64,000 bases of DNA. It comes from Blastocladiella emersonii ATCC 22665 (lineage: Eukaryota > Fungi > Blastocladiomycota). Positions 57,213 to 64,000 of this stretch are shown one piece after another. The stretch spans positions 1,426,001-1,490,000 of the forward strand of contig JANHCV010000011.1 in assembly GCA_025594325.1 (NCBI GenBank), written 5' to 3'. The notes under the pieces were generated by a model, which was not told where the DNA came from, did not search any database, and saw only the letters and a list, made by a program, of their open reading frames with translations. The position numbers and the translations under genes are program-made. Every line of letters starts with the position of its first letter. The stretch's first letter is position 1.

Positions 57213-59459
57213 ATGGAAGCTTCGTTCATATCGTTCCACGACCTGTCGCCCGAGGGCCGCTACCAGTACGCGTCGCCGTCCATCACGGCGCTGCTCGGCT
57301 ACACGCCGCAGGAGGTGGTCGGCCACCCCGCCTACGACTACTTCCTCGACGAGGAGATCCCCGCCTGCCGCGCCCTGCACCAGCAGACCGTCGCCATGGA
57401 GAAGGTCGCCGTCATCGTCCACTGCCGCATGAAGCACAAGTTCGGCCACTACGTCAAGGTCTCGATTGTCTCCAACCTGTACGCCGCCTCGCTTCGCTGC
57501 GGCACGCTGAGCATCCGAGCTCACACGCGCGCGACTGTCTCACAGATCGTCAGGCTGCATCGTCTCGTCGACCTGTCTCGCGGACGACTCGGAGAAGCTT
57601 CGCGGTACGCCTCGCTTACCCGTTGCCCACGCGGTCCCCCCGGTCACGGCGGATGCTAACACCTCAGTCCGCCACCCGCAGCCCGCGAAATGACCTCGCA
57701 GGAGGTCCACGTCATCGAGGCCAACGGCTGCGTCGTCTCAAAGTCGTGGACCCGCCGCCGCGACGCGCCGCTCCCGCGCGCCTTCGAGGACGACGTCGCC
57801 TCCATCTCCGAGATCCGCGCCTGCCTCATCCTCGACCGCTTCACCGCCGACCTCGAGATCGCCTTCGCCACTACCAGCATCCAGGACGTGCTAGGCGGCT
57901 GCGTCACCCAGGCCTGGCTCCGCGGCCGCGCCCTCGTCGACCTCATCCACCCCAAGTGCCTCGACAACGTGCGCCGCGAGGTGGCTCGCGCCAAGTCGGT
58001 CGACGGCATCTGCCACATGCGCTTCTCAACCGTCGGCAGCGCCTACGACGGCGACGACCTCGACATTGAAATGGTCGTCATGTGCGCCGCCGACGGCCTC
58101 ATTGCCATTATTCGGCGGTGCACGCCGCAACTCGTCGTCGCACCACCGCCGTCCGCCGACCTGCCGCCCCATCTCGTTCGCGCACCCGACGCGAGCGCAT
58201 CGAGCTCGACTTCCAGCCTGACCCGCACCGCGCCTGCCGCAAACCCAACAGTTCCGCCGACTGCATGCACAACCTTGGGCGTCCCGACCTCGACCGTCAT
58301 CCCCCACCCCGCCTCTCCCACTCGAACATCGACTGCTCCCGCCCTCGCTCCAGCAGCCCCTCCGCTTTCGCCGCTTCCACCACCTCTGGAGCCGCCGCAG
58401 GTGCCGGGTCTGGGCCTCGTCATCCTCTCATCCAACGACGCCACCTACCTCGACTTTGCGCCAGTTCCGCACCCGTCCCTCCTCGGCAGCGGTTCGAGCG
58501 CCCTTATGGACGACGCGTCGGACGAGGGTGAGCCGGCGACCTCGTTCTACTCTCCAAGCGTCGCCGGCTCGTCCGCCGTCGCTGACAGCGAAGTTGACGG
58601 CGACGATCATCACGCTCTGTGGGCTCGCGGCGACCCGCGGTCGCTGAGCGAGGTCGCCGACAACGGCACCACGGCGGGCTCGGAACTCGCGTGGGCGGAC
58701 CACCATCGCGCTCACGACGACGAAGATGCGCCGCCTTACCCGTACCCCGAGGAGTCGGCCGACCTTCCACGTGTACCTCACGCGTACGCCGCGCAGCTTG
58801 ACCGCGGTCTCGAACACGATCCGCGCAACGTGTCTTCGTACTGCCCCGCTCCCGCACCCGTACCTGCTGCCGCTGCCACTGCCACTGCGACGCCGGCCGA
58901 GTACGACACGGACGGTCGCGAGTACTACCACCGATCTCGCCCGCGCCCTTGGGTCGCTCCCAACGATGCGCATCTCCGCGACTACCCGCTTCCTCCACCA
59001 CGGCCATCCGCCGCACTGCACGCGTCTCAGCAACCGCACCGCCATCGCTACGACACGCTCGCGCACGCGCACGCGTACGCGCGCGAGCGCGGCCTCGGTC
59101 CCGACCTCGATCACGATCGCGACCGGTACTACGCGTACTACCCGTCGCGCACCGGCCCGCCACCGCCACCGCAGCAACGCCAGGCACGGATCCAGCACCA
59201 CTACGCCTTTGTTACGCCCCCGACTCGCCTCGACCGGTGCATCGAGCTCCGGTTCCTTCCCCGCGGAAGCGCCGGGTCAGTGGCGGGCGACGCGATTCCA
59301 CTCCCCCCGCCACTTCCGCCTCCGCCGACCGCTGCACGCGGGGCAGACCCAGATCCCGCCAGCGGCGGCGCCATGGGTCGCGGTACTCCACGCCGCGCGC
59401 TCGCGTACGGTCTCGGATCATCGGTTGCGGGCACGGACGGGTCGGTTTCGGGTCGGTAA
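57213..59459 (+). CDS. Tandem-PAS protein with long disordered C-tail; two introns near 5' end
   Basis: HDLSPEGRYQYASPSITALLGYTPQEVVG (PAS1); ACLILDRFT..IAFAT..LVDLIHP..MCAADGLIAIIR (PAS2). Confidence 0.8.
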
Positions 59460-59833
59460 TATCAAAAGTTGCTGCATCGATGGGATCGGAGTTCTTGATC
59501 ACGCGGGCTTTGCGAAGCGTCGAAGCAACAGGTGAGATCAGGACACGGTCGTCAAAGCTGAGCGCTTGGACCTGGCATCCGACCGACCGAGGCACTGCTC
59601 GCCGAGCAGCAAGCGTGCGCGGGAACGCGCGGGAGGATCGTGGGCACGCTGCATTCGAATGTGCAGTGATCCGATACTGGTGTCATTCAGGGAAGCTTCG
59701 GTTTTAGCACATGGACTCCCTCGTTGTCTCCAGCTGTCTCCCCGACACCCTCCCGCGACGACGCGTCGCGCATGCGGAGACACACGCGCGCGGCGTGAGA
59801 GACATTGGCGTGACCCAAAATCGAGTTTCCGAC

Positions 59834-59854
59834 GCCACGTGGCGCGACGCGTCG
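59834..59854. promoter_or_regulatory. Double palindrome identical to 1153-1173
   Basis: GCCACGTGGCGCGACGCGTCG. Confidence 0.45.
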
Positions 59855-59975
59855 CGTTTCGAGTTGGGGCGCGAGGGCCCGTCCGTCGAACGACGCCGTC
59901 GTCGGCTTCCCGCTCTCGCTCTCGCTCTCGCTCACTCTCCTCCTGTACCTTGTTCGAAACCGGCAAGGTGTTTGA

Positions 59976-62124
59976 GTGCCCTGGGCCTTCTCGCCCCAGT
60001 CCGAGCTCGCCGACCGCAGCGACGTGAACGAGGGCAAGCTCTACGTCCCGCCTCCGTCGAGCGACGACGATTCGGGCGGCTCCAACAGCGAGTCGAGCGA
60101 CGACGGCTCGCGTCCGCGATTCTACCTCTACGGCTACCGGTGTCGCCTGCGCTCCAAGCACGGCCTCTCGGACAACAGCGGCCGCGGCGTGAGCTACGTC
60201 AGCGCGGATGAAGTCGGGTCCGACCGCGAGTACCCGGGCGACATGGACGACGTCTCGGTCTAAGACTCGGTCGACGACTCGGTTGACGAGGGCGAGTCGA
60301 ACGGTGCTCGTCGGTCAATCGTGCCCCGCCGTTGTGCGCATCTGCAGCAGGCCGACCCGACGCCATGGCCGTGGACAACTCGGGCACCGACGGTCTCGAA
60401 ATCGGCGACTCGGACGGCGGCAACCCCGACCTGTCCAACGTCTCCGCCTCGATGCTCGACGAGTTCGCCGAGGACTGGGAGCTGAACGGCAAGCAGGCGG
60501 TCTACGACATGGCCGGTGCCGCCACGAGCGCCGCGAACGCCGAGTACCTCCGCAAGACCAACGAGTACCTGTACACCCGCGACGCCATCGGCCAGGGCGC
60601 CCACGGTGCCGTGTACATGGCCGCCCCCAAGACGGCGTTCGGCAACACGCGCGTCGCCTACGCGTGCAAGATCATTGTCAAGAACCCGGACTCGGGCACC
60701 ACGGGCATCTTTGACCGCGAGATCAGCGTCATGCGGCGTGTCAACCAGGTACGTCTTCTGACTAGCCTCTCTGATCGCGACAGCGACCGCGGCTGCGACC
60801 ATGTCGTGCGCCGCCGTCGCAGACCTACGTTGCCGAACTCGCAACTCACACTCTCGCCTTCGCGCAGCCCAACCTCGTCAAGCTCCACAACTATGCAGAT
60901 TCGAGTATCAAGTCGTGTCTCTACATGGAGCTGTACGTCGTATCGATTCGCTCTCGCCGTGACCCTGGCTCATCCCGCCGCTGGTCATGTAGCGTCTTCG
61001 GCGGCAACCTGCTTGGGTGCCTGGACGAGAACGACTGGCGCATCTCCGAGCATCGCGCCCAGCACGTCACGCGGCAGCTGGTCGACGCGCTCGGGTACCT
61101 GCACTCGAACGATATCACGCACTGCAACGTCAAGCCCGAGAACGTGCTCGTCCGCGGCGGCGACAACGACGATCCGACCATGCCGTTCGTCCTCCTCACC
61201 AACTACGGGTTCGCCAAGAAGAGAATTGCCCAGAACCGCGACGCGCACTTTTTCGCGCGCTGGTGCGTAACACCTTTTCAGGCCCACCGGACCACGGTGG
61301 TCCTGAACTCGCTGGCCGAACTTCATCACTGACGACGGCACGCGTGAATGTAGTGGTACCGACACGTACATGGCCCCCGAGCTCCGGCTGCCAGAGCTGT
61401 GCGTGGAAGATGACCGCCGCAGCTCGGTTGACGCGTGGTCTCTTGGAATGGTGCTAGTTGACCTCCTCGGCGGGCTTTAGCTGCAACCGCTCACGAACCC
61501 CGTCAGGCAGCGATCCGCAAACGGATCGGCGACGGCGACTTCTCATTCACGGGCGAGCCTCGGCTACCTACCCACTGGGCAACGGTCCCGGCCCCGGCCA
61601 AGAACCTCATCGAGCGCATGCTCTTGCGTAGTGCAAACCAACGGTACGCCGTTCTCCTACTCACTATCGACTCGCGTGCGCGTGCTCACCACTGATTTCC
61701 CCGCTTCCATCGTTCTTTCTCCTGTCTCTGTAGTCCGACCATGGAGCCGTGCAAGGTCGACGCGTGGATCATGGCCGACCTCAGATGTGCTGGTCTCGCC
61801 GAGAACCTGTCCGGCGCACCCGTGCCCTCCACTTCCGCCGTCCCGATCCGCTCGCTTCTATCCCCCTCGTCCCCGACCACCGCTTTGGCCGCGAGCGCGA
61901 CGCTAGGCGGCGCCGCTAAGTTCGAGCGCTCGGCCGCGCTGTCAACAGTCTCGCTTTAAGCGGCGACGACAGAACACGCGTCGCTGGCTTCGGCGGCCGT
62001 GCCGGACGAGCGCAAGCGCAAGTTCGCCTCGGCGTTCGGGCACCAGTCGATGCCGCTGTCGGGCACGCACAAAGATGCTCGGACAAGTTCGCCCGTGCAC
62101 CGCCGGCGCGGGCCGGCGGTGTAA
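59976..62124 (+). pseudogene. Pseudogenised paralog of the 1411-3701 kinase-like gene
   Basis: GQGAHGAVY, HCNVKPEN, DAWSLG homologous. In-frame stops at 60261-63, 61478-80 and 61957-59; frameshifts near 60358 and 61505 relative to copy 1. Confidence 0.85.
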
Positions 62125-64000
62125 GAAAGGGCCGCGCGGAAAAAGCTGACGAACTGGCCGGCGGCTGTGTGCTGTCCTGTTCATGATGACCAACGGGCGT
62201 GAGTTAGCTATACACTCTACCAATTTGCTACTACACCTTGGGACTACCTCACTGACCACAGCGACGTTCGGAGGCGACGTCCGGCGACGACGGCGACGTT
62301 CGGGGGCGGCCCGCACCGAGCCGAGCGATAGATCTGAAGGTCGCGCACCCAGCTGCTGCGGCGGGCGCGCCGCGCGAGGAAGAAACGATAGCCAGAAGCC
62401 GCGGACACATAAAGTACAAGCCGAGTTCGGTGCAGCGAGAGACGACGGGCCTGCTGCTAGTCCGCCGCAACGCCGACGGCGGGTGGCGGGTGGCGAGGCG
62501 GGTGGCGAGGCGTGCGGCTCGAGCTCCGACCGTCGTTCCGACATTGGGGGGAAGAAGAGGGTGCGTGCGAGCGGGAGCAGCAGCTCGGCACCAGCTCGGC
62601 AGCGACGACTCGACTCGACTCGACTCGAGGTGCGCCGAGTTGGGGAGGGCAGGGCGAGCTGATTCGAAGCAGGGGTCCGCAGCGTCGAGGACGGGCGGTG
62701 GTCAAGGGCGATGACGCGCAAACGACACTCGAAGCGGTGCACGGCCGTGAGCGGAAACGTCGGTCGGCGCGACTGACGGGGGCAGCAGGTCAAGCCGGAC
62801 GCGGTGGAGCAGAGCAGGGCGACGCGCGCGTTGGGTTGCACACGGAGGAGTGGCGACGACCGAGGTCGACGGCGCGGACGTGCGCGTGCGAAGGCCGCCG
62901 AGCTCGCGGGCGATGGCAAACGCGCTGGCTGGTTGGCACGTAGAGCGTGGAGTGGTGGTGGTGGCGGCGGCGCATGCGACAGCACCCGCTCGGCCACATG
63001 CATACGGAACGAGGAGAGGACCACCAGCTGTGCTGCTGTTTGACGCCGACAGAAGGAGGTTGCTTGCTGCAGCGCTCAAGCGCGAGAGCGATGCCATGGG
63101 GCGAGCAGCCCGCGGAGCACGCTGCGGGCGAGGTTCATGCGATTCCATCAAGTTACAGTGCCACGTCGTGCCTTGCCTTGTGGACGTGGACATGGACATG
63201 GACGTGAGCGGGGTGCCTGACCGACCGACCGAGGCCGCGCCACGCCACGCCACGCGGTGGCCATGGCGCCGTGGCCGCCGCGCTGCGCGTCCTTGTCAGC
63301 TGATGGCGACTGACGCGTCGCGGGGCGCGCGGGCTTCGGGAGGGAGACGTGAGGAGGCCAGAGCCTTCTTCTTCTCTCTTCTCTACCGACTGCCGCCCCA
63401 TGCACCATGACCATGAAAGCCGATGCAACGTGATAACTTGGTGCAACATCACGCCGGACAGGCCCTGACGCGGATCGGCGCCGTCGTGAGGTGCCCAGCC
63501 GCATCTGCTGTACCGCCGCTACTACTGTACGACTGAGCTGAGCGTCAGTCGGACTGCTTTGTCAGCTATGCAGCTCGTCCGTCCCCGTCGTCCTTGTCGG
63601 GAACGCCGCCTTCCGCTTGCCGTGCTGCCCTACGTTAGTCGCATGCAAAGGTTTGCTTTGGCGGCGGGCCCCGCTAGCCAGCGTCCCTCGCTCGCTCGCC
63701 TCGTTCCGGTCCCCCTTTCGCCCCACGCCGCCGATCTGCACTGCCGAACCTCACCCGACCACCGCGACCGCTTCGTCGTCCTCGCCGGCCACCTGCTTGT
63801 CCCCCGCTGGCATGCATTCCCGAGCCGCACGACCTCCGTTCGAGCCGACCTACATGGACGCGCTCCCAGCCTCGGCAACTCCATGGCGGGCCAGGTGAGT
63901 CGTCGCCACACGCGCACGCACGAGCGGGGCCCGCGTTTGGTGTGCGCGCGAGGTGCGCGCGAGGTGCGCCGCCGCGAGCGGCTACCGCGGCATGGGTGCG

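Larger units (their letters stand above)
59780..62260 (+). repeat. Copy 2 of the duplicated kinase-like locus
   Basis: Direct repeat of ~1100-3830 including upstream palindromes and 3' flank. Confidence 0.85.

Noticed and set aside
62260-64000. ORFs 62702-63253 (minus) and 62850-63410 (plus)
   Set aside because: Low-complexity, simple-repeat rich, no motifs; probably intergenic or UTR.

Overview
Eukaryotic, GC-rich, intron-containing genomic DNA. Short introns have GTACG/GTGCG donors, CTGAC/CTAAC branch sites and YAG acceptors. The gene content suggests a zoosporic early-diverging fungus, probably Blastocladiomycota (inference). About 25 protein-coding loci are present. Conserved genes: kinesin-3/UNC-104, AIP1, YSH1/CPSF73, mitochondrial uL11, CDT2, cactin, FSH1-type hydrolase, an Ivy1-like protein and a RhoGEF. 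The most striking feature is a single-exon ~984-aa heme-pathway fusion (33318-36272, minus). It joins a degenerate coproporphyrinogen III oxidase (HemF)-like domain, an intact uroporphyrinogen decarboxylase (HemE) and an intact porphobilinogen deaminase (HemC). Four dispersed paralogous single-pass receptor-like genes share an intron inside the TM segment; three share a Cys-rich N-domain and three share an uncharacterised C-domain. Other notable features: a pseudokinase locus duplicated ~58.7 kb apart with the second copy pseudogenised, a JmjC gene between two SDR paralogs that differ by three introns, orphan kinase exons overlapping an F-box-like ORF, and two recurrent upstream motifs. No rRNA, tRNA, CRISPR array or recognisable transposase was found. 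All gene models and family calls were made by eye.
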